Notes: generated from the letters alone by a model not told the origin. A DNA stretch of 64,000 nt from a virus (IMGVR_UViG_3300032285_002723:24645-88644); one strand, 5' to 3'. Counted from the stretch's first letter, positions 1-9,063 are shown. Translations and numbers: made by a program.

Positions 1-951
1 ATTGGTCCTGGTATTATGCCAATTCCTCCTGATGGTTGGGGAGCAGTTGAAAGTTTAATTTGGGATTATGCTCTTGAACTTGATAAATTGGGACATACTG
101 GCACTATTATTAATACCCCAAATTGGAATGAGATTTTAAATTATCTGAAAGAAGATAATTATGATTTCGCGCATCTTCATTATGATGTATTTCATGAACT
201 TCTAGACCTTATTCCAGATGTTCCTAAAATTGCTTTAAGTAGTCATTATCCTTATATTGACCAATCTTATATGCATCGTAGGGATGGATATGATAAAACT
301 TTTGATTTTATTATTAAAAATAAAAAGTATTATATCTTTTGTATTTCTAAAAAAGATTATCAAACATTTAAAAATGCTGGTGCTGATGAAAGTAAACTTT
401 TGCTTTCTGAAAATGGAGCAAATCATGAGACCTTTACTTATTCTAAAGAACCAGTAAAGGCAAATCGTTCATTGTATCTTGGGCAAATTTATCATCGTAA
501 AAAGCAGTGGATATATCAATCTATTGATTGTATTGATTTTGTGGGAAAGGATAGTAATTCCACACCTTTTGATGCTTCAATCAATTATCTTGGTGAATGG
601 TCAGATGAACATAAAAAACAACATTTGACTGATTACGGAAATCTTGTTCTTCTTTCTGATGGAGAAAATGGAACACCATTGGTTGTAAAAGAAGCACTGA
701 TTAATGGTCTTGGTGTTGTGATTTCCAAGTATGCTGCTCATGATGTGGACACATCTCTTCCTTTTATCACCTTAATTGATGATGACAAATTGGAAGATAT
801 TGAATATGTGAAAAATAAGATTGAAGAAAATCGTCAAGCATCTTTGCCTATTCGTGATGAAATTCGTGACTATGCAATGGAAAACTTTTCTTGGGAAAAA
901 CTAGTAAAACTTTATATTCAAAATATTGAAAAAATGGAGCCTATTCAATGA
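1..951 (+). CDS. Glycosyltransferase (GT-B/GT4-like), 5'-truncated by the window edge
   Basis: The frame is open from base 1 (IGPGIMPIPPDGWGAVE), matching the N-terminus of the paralog at 948; C-terminal E..PLVVKEAL..GL.VV motif. Confidence 0.8.
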   Translation: MGPGIMPIPPDGWGAVESLIWDYALELDKLGHTGTIINTPNWNEILNYLKEDNYDFAHLHYDVFHELLDLIPDVPKIALSSHYPYIDQSYMHRRDGYDKTFDFIIKNKKYYIFCISKKDYQTFKNAGADESKLLLSENGANHETFTYSKEPVKANRSLYLGQIYHRKKQWIYQSIDCIDFVGKDSNSTPFDASINYLGEWSDEHKKQHLTDYGNLVLLSDGENGTPLVVKEALINGLGVVISKYAAHDVDTSLPFITLIDDDKLEDIEYVKNKIEENRQASLPIRDEIRDYAMENFSWEKLVKLYIQNIEKMEPIQ

Positions 952-1901
952 GAATTTGTATCATTGGTCCTGGATTTTCGCAGATTCCACCAGTTGGTTG
1001 GGGTGCAGTTGAAATTGTAATTTGGGATACAGCAAATACTTTGAAAGAATTGGGTCATCAGGTAGACATCATTAATACTACAAATCCACAAGAAATTATT
1101 GGAACAATTAATCAAATTAATCCTGATTTTGTTCACGTTCATTATGATGATTATGTGTTCTTATATCCATATATTCAGTTTCCAAAAGCAATTACAACAC
1201 ATTATGGTTATCTAGAAAGACCAGAAATGTATGGTGCTTATTCTTATAAAGCAAATCAATTTGCAAATATCAAACCAAATGTATTTGCTTTATCGGAAGG
1301 GATTAAAAATATCTATCAAAATCAAATGAGAATACCAGAGGATAACTTATATGTTGTTCCAAATGGTGTAACTAATGATAAATTTAGATTTACCGATTCT
1401 CCAAAATTTCCAAATAGAAGCATCTATCTTGCAAAAGTAGATTACAGAAAACGTCAGTGTTTATTTCAAAATATTCCATCAATTTATTATGCTGGAAATA
1501 TTGTAGATGAAAGATTTGATGTAAATGAAAATTATCTTGGCGAATGGTCAAAAGAAGATTTATATAATAATTTAACTGATTATGCAAATCTTATTTTGCT
1601 TTCTGATGGTGAAGCACATGCTCTTGTTTGTATGGAAGCACTTGCTGCTGGATTGGGTCTTGTTATTTCTGAATGGGCAACTGCTAATTTGGATTTGGAT
1701 AAAGATTTTATTACGGTAATACCAGAAAGTAAAATTATTGATTTAAATTATGTATCATCAAAAATTGAAGAAAATAGAACTATATCTTTACAAAAAAGAA
1801 ATGAAATAGTAGAATACTCAAAAGAATTTGCTTGGAAAAAGCAAATTGAAACTTACTATATTCCATCTGTAAAAAAAGTCATACAAAAATTTAATGGATA
1901 A
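948..1901 (+). CDS. Glycosyltransferase (GT-B/GT4-like), paralog of the upstream gene
   Basis: IPPVGWGAVE N-terminus; SDGEAHALVCMEALAAGLGLV nucleotide-sugar binding motif. Confidence 0.8.
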   Translation: MRICIIGPGFSQIPPVGWGAVEIVIWDTANTLKELGHQVDIINTTNPQEIIGTINQINPDFVHVHYDDYVFLYPYIQFPKAITTHYGYLERPEMYGAYSYKANQFANIKPNVFALSEGIKNIYQNQMRIPEDNLYVVPNGVTNDKFRFTDSPKFPNRSIYLAKVDYRKRQCLFQNIPSIYYAGNIVDERFDVNENYLGEWSKEDLYNNLTDYANLILLSDGEAHALVCMEALAAGLGLVISEWATANLDLDKDFITVIPESKIIDLNYVSSKIEENRTISLQKRNEIVEYSKEFAWKKQIETYYIPSVKKVIQKFNG

Positions 1902-2688
1902 AAATAAATCTGTATATAAACTTAAAAATATTCCTCCAATTTATTATTTGAATCTTGATGGGCAACCAGAAAGAAAACAATATATGGAAGAACAATTTAA
2001 ATATTGGGAAATTGAAAATTATACTAGAATTTCTGCATATGATGGCAGAACAGATGATTTGAGTGATATTATTTCTGGAAGATATCCAGATAATATGACC
2101 TCTGGTGAAATTGGATGCACTACTTCTCATTTAAAAGCAATTAAACATTGGATTGAAACATCAGATTCGCAATGTGCTATCTTTATGGAAGATGATGTTG
2201 ATTTGCAAATTGCAAAGTATTGGGATTTTACTTGGAAAGATTTTCAATCACTTGTTCCTTATGATTATGATGTAATTCAACTTGCAATTATTTGTACAGG
2301 TCCATTGCATGTCAAACTACATCGTAGATTTGTAAATGATTTTTCAACTGCAGCTTATATGATTACTCGTCATCACGCGGAAAAACTGCTTAAATTTCAT
2401 ATACGTAATGAAAAATATAAACTTGATAATGGATCTAAACCTAGAGCGGTTGCAGATGATTTGATTTATAATTCTGGAAATACTTTTTCTATTCCAATAT
2501 TCCTTTATAAAATTGCTTTAGGGTCTTCTATTCATCCTGAACACGTTGACATTTTTCACAAATCAAGTCATGATGGTCTAGTTGATTTTTGGTCTCAAAA
2601 TGGAGCAAAAATGAATATTCGTGAATTGATGGATTACGATCCTTATCTTGGAAGGATGACTGAAAATCCACCAGAACAAAATACTTGA
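1894..2688 (+). CDS. Glycosyltransferase family 25-like
   Basis: YYLNLD..PER, RISAYDG, GEIGCTTSHLKA and FMEDD motifs typical of GT25. Confidence 0.8.
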   Translation: MDKNKSVYKLKNIPPIYYLNLDGQPERKQYMEEQFKYWEIENYTRISAYDGRTDDLSDIISGRYPDNMTSGEIGCTTSHLKAIKHWIETSDSQCAIFMEDDVDLQIAKYWDFTWKDFQSLVPYDYDVIQLAIICTGPLHVKLHRRFVNDFSTAAYMITRHHAEKLLKFHIRNEKYKLDNGSKPRAVADDLIYNSGNTFSIPIFLYKIALGSSIHPEHVDIFHKSSHDGLVDFWSQNGAKMNIRELMDYDPYLGRMTENPPEQNT

Positions 2689-2810
2689 CAAATCACTAAA
2701 AGTACCTTAAAATACCATTGTCTTAAGATTTGATTAAGATACATAAATACCGAAGATTTACTTTGTTGTAAATCTTCATATTGTCGTTTAGTACAAAAAA
2801 ACAAATTTCT

Positions 2811-3713
2811 ATGAAAATCAAACAACTGATGCTTGCGCCTGTTGCTCTTGGACTGATTGCTCCTGCCGCACAAGCAGCAGACATTAATCTTTCCGCAGTC
2901 AACCAATATGCTTCGGCAGAACAGGTTACAAGTGTTTCTCAACTGCGTGATGTGCAACCTACTGACTGGTCTTATCAGGCAATTTCAAATCTGGTATCGC
3001 GTTATGGATGTGTTGCTGGTTTCCCTAACGGAACTTTTCAACCAGGACAGCCTGCCACTCGTGCTCAACTTGCTGCTCTGACTAGTGCTTGCTTGGATCG
3101 CATTAGTGAGTACCAAACTGCTGCTGATGCTGCTCTTGCTGCTGCTCTTCGTGCTCAATTCTCTAAAGAGATTGCTGCTACCAACACCCGTGTGAGTGCC
3201 CTTGAGGTCGCCGCTGCCCAGAAAGCACAAGGCGTCGGCAACTATCTTGGTCTTGGTGTTTTGCTAAACAACGTTGGCACTGGTGGGAATCCGAACAACA
3301 CTGTGTCTGGTGGCACACTACAAGCTCGTTATGCTGTGAAAAACTACAGCAATAATAATGCTGTTTCAGTCCGTCCTTACATCAATGCCGTTGCTGGTCC
3401 TAACAGTCAAATCGGTGCTGCTGGTGGTGCAACTGCTACTTATGACTTTGCAATCGCTCGTAAAGCAGGTGTGAGTGCTGCTAACATCTACACTGGTGTT
3501 GGTTATCAAGTTCCTTTTGTGAACAACACTCAATCTAACGCTCAAAATGCTGTTGGTCTTTCCAATGGTCAAGCAGTATTTGTGCTTGGTGCTGAAGGTC
3601 GTATCACCAACTCTCTGGTTGGATTTGCTGATCTGAAGTTCCCTACCAACACTTCTGCTAACAATGGTAGTTACAGTCCTGTGTTTACCACTGGTCTTGG
3701 ATTTAAGTTCTGA
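2811..3713 (+). CDS. SLH-domain outer-membrane beta-barrel (short cyanobacterial porin-like protein)
   Basis: Signal peptide; QVTSVSQLRDVQPTDWSYQA..LVSRYGCVAGFPNGTF SLH motif of cyanobacterial porins; coiled coil; amphipathic strands; terminal Phe (GLGFKF). ATG 2811 preferred over TTG 2781. Confidence 0.75.
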   Translation: MKIKQLMLAPVALGLIAPAAQAADINLSAVNQYASAEQVTSVSQLRDVQPTDWSYQAISNLVSRYGCVAGFPNGTFQPGQPATRAQLAALTSACLDRISEYQTAADAALAAALRAQFSKEIAATNTRVSALEVAAAQKAQGVGNYLGLGVLLNNVGTGGNPNNTVSGGTLQARYAVKNYSNNNAVSVRPYINAVAGPNSQIGAAGGATATYDFAIARKAGVSAANIYTGVGYQVPFVNNTQSNAQNAVGLSNGQAVFVLGAEGRITNSLVGFADLKFPTNTSANNGSYSPVFTTGLGFKF

Positions 3714-3723
3714 TAATTGATTT

Positions 3724-3749
3724 GGGGTGCTTGACACCCCTTTCTTTTT
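3724..3749 (+). terminator. Rho-independent terminator after the porin-like gene, overlapping the -35 of the hli promoter
   Basis: GGGGTG-cttga-CACCCC followed by a T-rich tract. Confidence 0.65.
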
Positions 3750-3759
3750 ACTATATAAT
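3731..3759 (+). promoter_or_regulatory. Sigma70-type (early) promoter for the hli genes
   Basis: TTGACA-17 nt-TATAAT, perfect consensus. Confidence 0.8.
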
Positions 3760-3788
3760 TGAGTAACAATTCGTAACAAAACGAAAAA

Positions 3789-3998
3789 ATGACGATAACG
3801 ACCAATGAGCACGGGCAACAAAATATGTTTGCGCGTGAACCAAAGATGTACATCTCTGATGAGGATGCCATCAAGTATGGCATGATGACCCACAATGAGA
3901 GAGCAGAACTTGCTAACGGACGCTGGGCTATGCTAGGATTTATTGCAGGCATCGTGTCTTACGTTGCTACTGGTAAACTATTCTTTGGTGTTTTCTGA
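3789..3998 (+). CDS. hli: High-light-inducible protein
   Basis: AELANGRWAMLGF chlorophyll-binding motif; N-terminal NMFAREP typical of cyanophage Hli. Confidence 0.92.
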   Translation: MTITTNEHGQQNMFAREPKMYISDEDAIKYGMMTHNERAELANGRWAMLGFIAGIVSYVATGKLFFGVF

Positions 3999-4084
3999 TG
4001 TCCGAAGTTATTTTTACAACCACAAGTGTTGCCTTCTTTGTATTATTGGCACACTCAATTAATCAACTTTCAGAAACTTATTAA
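3998..4084 (+). CDS. 28-aa hydrophobic hypothetical protein
   Basis: MSEVIFTTTSVAFFVLLAHSINQLSETY, translationally coupled (TGATG) to hli. Confidence 0.45.
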   Translation: MSEVIFTTTSVAFFVLLAHSINQLSETY

Positions 4085-4095
4085 GGAGAACTAAA

Positions 4096-4215
4096 ATGAA
4101 ATTTGGATTTACACCTGAAGGAGAGATTTTAAATGGTCGTCTCGCAATGCTTGGATTTGTAATCGCAGTTGGAACTTATCTCACCACTGGGCAACTAGTT
4201 CCAGGAGTGTTTTAA
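4096..4215 (+). CDS. hli: High-light-inducible protein, short 39-aa form (not in the ORF track)
   Basis: MKFGFTPEGEILNGRLAMLGFVIAVGTYLTTGQLVPGVF; AGGAG RBS upstream. Confidence 0.9.
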   Translation: MKFGFTPEGEILNGRLAMLGFVIAVGTYLTTGQLVPGVF

Positions 4216-4244
4216 AATCCCAACACAAATAGGTATTCATACTT

Positions 4245-4277
4245 ATCCTTGCTCTAAATATAGGGCAAGGATTTTTT
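4245..4277 (+). terminator. Terminator hairpin with a late-promoter-like TAAATA in its apex
   Basis: ATCCTTGCTCTA-aata-TAGGGCAAGGAT followed by a T tract. Confidence 0.7.
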
Positions 4278-4380
4278 ATTTTAATGGTATACTATTTCTT
4301 TTTAGTGTATTTTATTTTAATGATAGTCATAATTATAACAAAGGCATCAAAAACTAAATAGGATAGTTGTTAAAGATAAA

Positions 4381-5076
4381 ATGAAAATAGATCTTCATAA
4401 CTTTTTTCTACATTATGATGAAAAGAATCCAAAGCACGTTGCAGCAGTGGAGCAACTTGAAAAGGATTTGGAGCAAAAGCAACCAGATTTGATTGAGGAT
4501 GAATCAAACTGGGTAAGAATTTTCAGAGAGAAGGCACCAGTTCCTGCACAGGTAGGAGTATTGTCAGTTCCTTATTATCCACAAACAGATAATTATAGAG
4601 ATGCTAATCGTACTTGCAACAGTTCTTCTTGTGCTATGTGTCTTGAATATCTTAAACCAGGTACTCTAAAAGGAGCAAAGGGAGACGATGCCTACATTCA
4701 AAAGGTATTCGCAATTGGTGACTCAACAGATCACACAGTTCAAACCCGTGTTCTTGAGAGCTATGGTGTTAAGTCACAGTTTAGTTACAATCTTTCTTTT
4801 TCTGATCTTGATAAGAGTTTATCTGCTGGTAAACCTGTCGTTATTGGTATTCTGCATAGGGGTTCTCTTTCTGCACCTACTGGTGGGCACATGGTTGTAG
4901 TGATTGGTAAGAAAGGTCAAGACTATGTTGTGAATGATCCTTATGGTTCTCTCAATGACGGATATACTGGTTCTGTGACCAACGGTAAAGGTGCCGTATA
5001 TAAGAAATCAGATTTAACTCATAGATGGTTAGATCATAGTAAAGATAAGACTGGATGGGGAAGAATTTTCAAATGA
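4381..5076 (+). CDS. Peptidase C39-like protein (possible endolysin accessory)
   Basis: LSVPYYPQ, TCNSSSCAM (catalytic Cys), GGHMVVVIG (His), VNDPYG (Asp). Confidence 0.8.
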   Translation: MKIDLHNFFLHYDEKNPKHVAAVEQLEKDLEQKQPDLIEDESNWVRIFREKAPVPAQVGVLSVPYYPQTDNYRDANRTCNSSSCAMCLEYLKPGTLKGAKGDDAYIQKVFAIGDSTDHTVQTRVLESYGVKSQFSYNLSFSDLDKSLSAGKPVVIGILHRGSLSAPTGGHMVVVIGKKGQDYVVNDPYGSLNDGYTGSVTNGKGAVYKKSDLTHRWLDHSKDKTGWGRIFK

Positions 5077-5534
5077 CTTTAAAGGCAGGAATAGATTTAA
5101 TTAAAAAATTTGAAGGTTGTAGATTAAAATTTTATCCAGATCCTGCAACTGGTGGTAAACCTTATACAATTGGATGGGGTTCTACCAAAGATACTCACGG
5201 CAAACCATTTGGATTGGGAGCAACTATTACTCAAGAGCAGGCAGATACTTTATTGGAATATACAATAGAGCATGAATATCTACCAGCACTGAATAAAATC
5301 CCACACTGGAATGAAATGAATGAGAATCAAAAAGGAGCACTTTTATCTTTTGCTTATAATCTTGGTGCTAATTTCTATGGGTCTTCCAATTTTAATACCA
5401 TAACCAAAGTTCTTAAAAATAAAGAATGGAGCAAAGTTCCTGATGCTCTTTATCTTTATCGCAATCCTGGTTCTAATGTTGAAGCAGGTCTTGCTCGCAG
5501 AAGAAAAGCAGAAGGAGATTTGTGGAAAAAGTAA
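5073..5534 (+). CDS. GH24 phage lysozyme (endolysin)
   Basis: IKKFEGC..YPD..TIGWG, ALLSFAYNLG and GLARRRKAE motifs. Confidence 0.9.
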   Translation: MTLKAGIDLIKKFEGCRLKFYPDPATGGKPYTIGWGSTKDTHGKPFGLGATITQEQADTLLEYTIEHEYLPALNKIPHWNEMNENQKGALLSFAYNLGANFYGSSNFNTITKVLKNKEWSKVPDALYLYRNPGSNVEAGLARRRKAEGDLWKK

Positions 5535-5645
5535 TTATTCTTTTGTCTCCAAATATGCCAATCTTAATATGTAATAGATGCACCAAGCAGTAAAAACTAA
5601 ACCTGCTCCAAGAATGGTGCATACTCCCCAAGGAAACTCATTCAT
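5535..5645 (-). CDS. 36-aa single-TM hypothetical protein
   Basis: MNEFPWGVCTILGAGLVFTAWCIYYILRLAYLETKE, directly downstream of 5647..5838. Confidence 0.5.
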   Translation of the reverse strand: MNEFPWGVCTILGAGLVFTAWCIYYILRLAYLETKE

Positions 5646-5646
5646 T

Positions 5647-5838
5647 TCACCTTCCTTCCTGTTCGTGTATCCATACTTTTAAACCTTTAACGTATTTTCT
5701 TAATATCTGTGCCTGTTCTTCGTGCCATGGATCTCTTGTTTCCAATCCGATCCTTGTGTGATTATCTATTGCTTGTAGTATTTGGTGAATGGGTTTGTTC
5801 CAACATTCACGCTTGGGAGTGTTCCACTCTCGTGCCAT
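5647..5838 (-). CDS. Cyanophage-type hypothetical protein
   Basis: ORF track; MAREWNTPKRECWN..IH..L.AIDNH pattern. Confidence 0.6.
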   Translation of the reverse strand: MAREWNTPKRECWNKPIHQILQAIDNHTRIGLETRDPWHEEQAQILRKYVKGLKVWIHEQEGR

Positions 5839-5844
5839 AAGACC

Positions 5845-5958
5845 TCATTTTTTCTTTCCGCCGTTTTTAGCCTTATTCGCAGTCGCATTACCTTGATTTT
5901 GTTTGGATTGCTTTCCACCAGCAGATCCTTTCTTGCCTTTACTTGCTGATTTAGACAT
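5845..5958 (-). CDS. 37-aa Lys/Gly-rich basic protein
   Basis: MSKSASKGKKGSAGGKQSKQNQGNATANKAKNGGKKK, downstream of a minus-strand ATAAATA late-promoter motif; more plausible than the overlapping 5766..5975 ORF. Confidence 0.55.
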   Translation of the reverse strand: MSKSASKGKKGSAGGKQSKQNQGNATANKAKNGGKKK

Positions 5959-6047
5959 TTTTTGGTATTTGACATACCATTTATTTATGAGAAAATTGCC
6001 GAGTATAGGGTATAATAAATACTATTATAGAAAATTTTTTTATATTA

Positions 6048-8138
6048 ATGAGTATTTTTAAGAAGACTATCAAGTATTCTAAACCTTTGAGGGATTTGGA
6101 TAACAAGATAAAAAATCTTGATGAGGAACTTGGACAAACAGGAGTCATTGGTGAGCAAGATGACACTGAAGTTTTGTGTGTTCAAGAGTCTTCCGTAGAA
6201 AAATTACCAAAAATATATGATAGACTAGAAGTTCAAAAAGAAAAAGAAACTTTATATAATTGGAGAGAATCTTTTATTGTAGAAGAAACTAATGATAAAC
6301 CTGTAGTAATAGATGAGACTTATCATAAAACTGTAGGTAGAGTTGAAAGATATATTTCTGAAAGTAATAAAGAACTGATTGAAATAAGAAACCAAGTATT
6401 TCAAGAAATTTCCGAATCTACATTATTAAATCTTCCAGAAATCAAATGCAAGATTGAGAAAGTATTGGAAATTTATGATCAAATACAGGAAGGTTTGTTA
6501 AATGAACCACCCTCAACAAAAAATTCTGATCCTCTTACTCCATTAGATCAAAATTTTGTAACAATAGAAGATTTAAATAAGCACTACAACTTATTTGTAA
6601 ATCGTATTCAAGAACAGATTGCCACTATTGGTGGTGGTGGTGAATATCGTTTTCAATATCTTGATGGTATTGTAGGTATTCAAACAAATTCTGCTTCTTA
6701 TAATGGTAAGTATTTGCAGTGGAACTCTGCAACCAATAAAGCAGAGTTTGTGACAGTAAGTAGTGGTGGTAGTAATGGTATATCAACTTATGCATCCATA
6801 GCAGGTATAGCAACTTATGCTACATCAGCAGGTATAGCAACTTATGCAACCTCTAGTGGTATATCAACTTATGCTACATCAGCAGGTATAGCAACTTATG
6901 CAACCTCTAGTGGTATAGCAACTTATGCAACCTCTAGTGGTATATCAACTTATGCAACAAAAGCAGGAGTATCAACAAATGTAATAGGTGGTATTGCATC
7001 AGTAACTTCATTATCAGTTTCCGGTATTACAACTTTAGGTGTAGTTACTTCTGTAACTTCAATAAATTTTGCTAGTGGTGGATTATTGGGTGATCCATAC
7101 CAAGATGGAGGATTTGGATTAAAATCTGCCGGTGGTCAATATAAATATGCTACTATTGCTAGTAACAATCTACAGCAATATCTTCAAGTTGATGACAATA
7201 TAATTTATATTGGAACAGGTTATGCATCAACTACTGGTAATTACAATTGGGTATTTAAAAAAGATGGTAGTACAGAATTTCCTAATAGTTTAATTCTAGC
7301 TCCTGGCAGCCAAAGCATTACTTTACAGAGTGATCAATATTCCCAGTTGATGTGGATGAACGCGGATCAGACAGTAGGGCCTAATAAGTTTACCAACGTA
7401 GATTTTTTTGTCGCATCTGGATATGCTACTTTAGACATAGGTTATCGTGATGGTGCTAGTGATCAACAATTCAAATCTTGGCTTTGGAATATAGATGGAT
7501 TACAATTCCCAGATCTCACATTACAAACTACTGCATTTACTGGTTATGCAGATAATGCAGGCATAGCAACCTATGCTGCATCAAGTGGTATAGCAACTTA
7601 TGCTTCTTCTAGTGGGTTATCCACAAGTTCCACAACTGCTGGTTATGCAACTACCTCTGGAATTTCTACAACATCACAAGGTCTTACAGGAACTCCAAAT
7701 ATTTCTGTAGGTGTTATAACTGCAACAGACTATCGTATTCAATCTGTTGCAGAAAAAACTACTCTTGTTGGTCTGAATACTGCTAATTTAGTTTATAATA
7801 CTGGTGGTGGTAATATTGCAATCTGTACCAATCCAAGTGGTGATATTACACTGAATGTAACTGGTATTCCTACTGCTAGTTCCTTTGATAATTACTCACT
7901 TGCATTTAGTGTGATTGTAACAAATACGGGAACAGCAAGAAGTTGTACTGCAATTACATTAAATGGAGTATCAAGAACAATCAAATGGTTTGGTGGTTCT
8001 CTTGCATCGGCAATTTCTGGAGTTACCACATCAAATGGATATGATGTTTATAGTTTCACCGGAATTAATACCGTAGGTTCGGCAAGTACAACCGCAAATT
8101 ATATTGTGCTTGGTAGTGTGAATGGAAGTTATAGATAA
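6048..8138 (+). CDS. Virion fibre-like protein with coiled-coil N-terminus and GIATYATSS repeats
   Basis: Long ORF; LLNEPP..DPLTPLDQNFVT..GGGGE segment; Ser/Thr/Gly-rich repeats. Confidence 0.6.
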   Translation: MSIFKKTIKYSKPLRDLDNKIKNLDEELGQTGVIGEQDDTEVLCVQESSVEKLPKIYDRLEVQKEKETLYNWRESFIVEETNDKPVVIDETYHKTVGRVERYISESNKELIEIRNQVFQEISESTLLNLPEIKCKIEKVLEIYDQIQEGLLNEPPSTKNSDPLTPLDQNFVTIEDLNKHYNLFVNRIQEQIATIGGGGEYRFQYLDGIVGIQTNSASYNGKYLQWNSATNKAEFVTVSSGGSNGISTYASIAGIATYATSAGIATYATSSGISTYATSAGIATYATSSGIATYATSSGISTYATKAGVSTNVIGGIASVTSLSVSGITTLGVVTSVTSINFASGGLLGDPYQDGGFGLKSAGGQYKYATIASNNLQQYLQVDDNIIYIGTGYASTTGNYNWVFKKDGSTEFPNSLILAPGSQSITLQSDQYSQLMWMNADQTVGPNKFTNVDFFVASGYATLDIGYRDGASDQQFKSWLWNIDGLQFPDLTLQTTAFTGYADNAGIATYAASSGIATYASSSGLSTSSTTAGYATTSGISTTSQGLTGTPNISVGVITATDYRIQSVAEKTTLVGLNTANLVYNTGGGNIAICTNPSGDITLNVTGIPTASSFDNYSLAFSVIVTNTGTARSCTAITLNGVSRTIKWFGGSLASAISGVTTSNGYDVYSFTGINTVGSASTTANYIVLGSVNGSYR
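6777..6965 (+). repeat. Seven tandem 27-bp coding repeats (GI[A/S]TYA[T/S]xx)
   Basis: Units start at 6777, 6804, 6831, 6858, 6885, 6912 and 6939, all GGTATA(G/T)CAACTTATGC. Confidence 0.9.
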
Positions 8139-8887
8139 TGTCTCCATTTTTAACTAGAGTTTCATTTAATAAAGGAGTTGGTTCTAGGATTTCTGTAAGT
8201 GCTTCTGCTGCTGTTGTATCTCCAAATTTAGTTCTAGATTTAGATGCAGCAAACTATTCTGCTATGCCTGCGAATGGTAGCACAATTGCTGGTTCGGGTA
8301 GTTACGCTATTAGTGTAGTTAATCCTACTCCAAGAATTAGTTGGAACAGTGCGAATGGTGGAGTGTTTAGAGTGACCACAGCATCTACTAATAACTTCTT
8401 AACTTTTGGACCAAATTACAGTAGTGGCACACAAGCATTTACAGTAGGAATGGCATATAAGTGGAATGGAGTGACGGCAGGTAGATTGCTAAATGCGAAT
8501 ACGGCAAGTCCAGACTTTCTTATGGGATTATGGGATGCTCCTGCATCTCGTATGAATATTGCCTTTGCTGGTGCTTTTACTGGTTCAAGCACTGATGCCG
8601 CAGATACCGCTTGGCACTTTATATGGTTTAGTTCAACAGGAGCAACAGGTGCGAGTAAAGCAAAAAGTTATATAGCAACTAGTACAGCACCAACAGGAAC
8701 ATTTGGAACAAGTTCTACCAACGGTGGTTTCAATGGTTTGAGATTATTTGGTAGATACTCATCTGCAAGTGCTAGTATTGAACAAGTTGATGCTGATGTT
8801 GGTTTTGTTAAAGTTTGGAATAAAGAATTAACTTTAGCAGAAATACAAGCAGAACACGCAACATACAAAACAAGATTTGGGTATTGA
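8138..8887 (+). CDS. LamG/concanavalin-like lectin domain protein
   Basis: LVLDLDAAN N-terminal and VKVWNKELTLAEI..KTRFGY C-terminal motifs shared with three downstream paralogs. Confidence 0.65.
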   Translation: MSPFLTRVSFNKGVGSRISVSASAAVVSPNLVLDLDAANYSAMPANGSTIAGSGSYAISVVNPTPRISWNSANGGVFRVTTASTNNFLTFGPNYSSGTQAFTVGMAYKWNGVTAGRLLNANTASPDFLMGLWDAPASRMNIAFAGAFTGSSTDAADTAWHFIWFSSTGATGASKAKSYIATSTAPTGTFGTSSTNGGFNGLRLFGRYSSASASIEQVDADVGFVKVWNKELTLAEIQAEHATYKTRFGY

Positions 8888-8917
8888 CAGGATTTCCTGA
8901 CAGTGCTATAATAAATA
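8884..8917 (+). promoter_or_regulatory. Overlapping sigma70 early promoter and T4-type late promoter for psbA
   Basis: TTGACA(8884)-17-TATAAT(8907) with extended TG, overlapping AATAAATA (8910-8917). Confidence 0.8.
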
Positions 8918-8951
8918 GATGTTAAGGAATCAAGACATTTCTTAATCTTCT

Positions 8952-9055
8952 GTAACCGAGATCATCAGAAGTAAAGCATCTCTCATACCTGTACTGGAGG
9001 GTGGTACTGGAATATCTGTACTTGTTCAATTCCCCTTGGACTCATACTTACCCTT
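8952..9055 (+). ncRNA. Structured psbA 5' leader, probably a PhotoRC-II-like motif
   Basis: GAGAT..ATCTC and CC.GTAC-tggagggtg-GTAC.GG stems upstream of a cyanophage psbA; family assignment from memory, not from a covariance search. Confidence 0.45.
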
Positions 9056-9063
9056 TTACGAAA

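Noticed and set aside
5766-5975. 69-aa minus-strand ORF
   Set aside because: It overlaps two more plausible ORFs (5845-5958 and 5647-5838)
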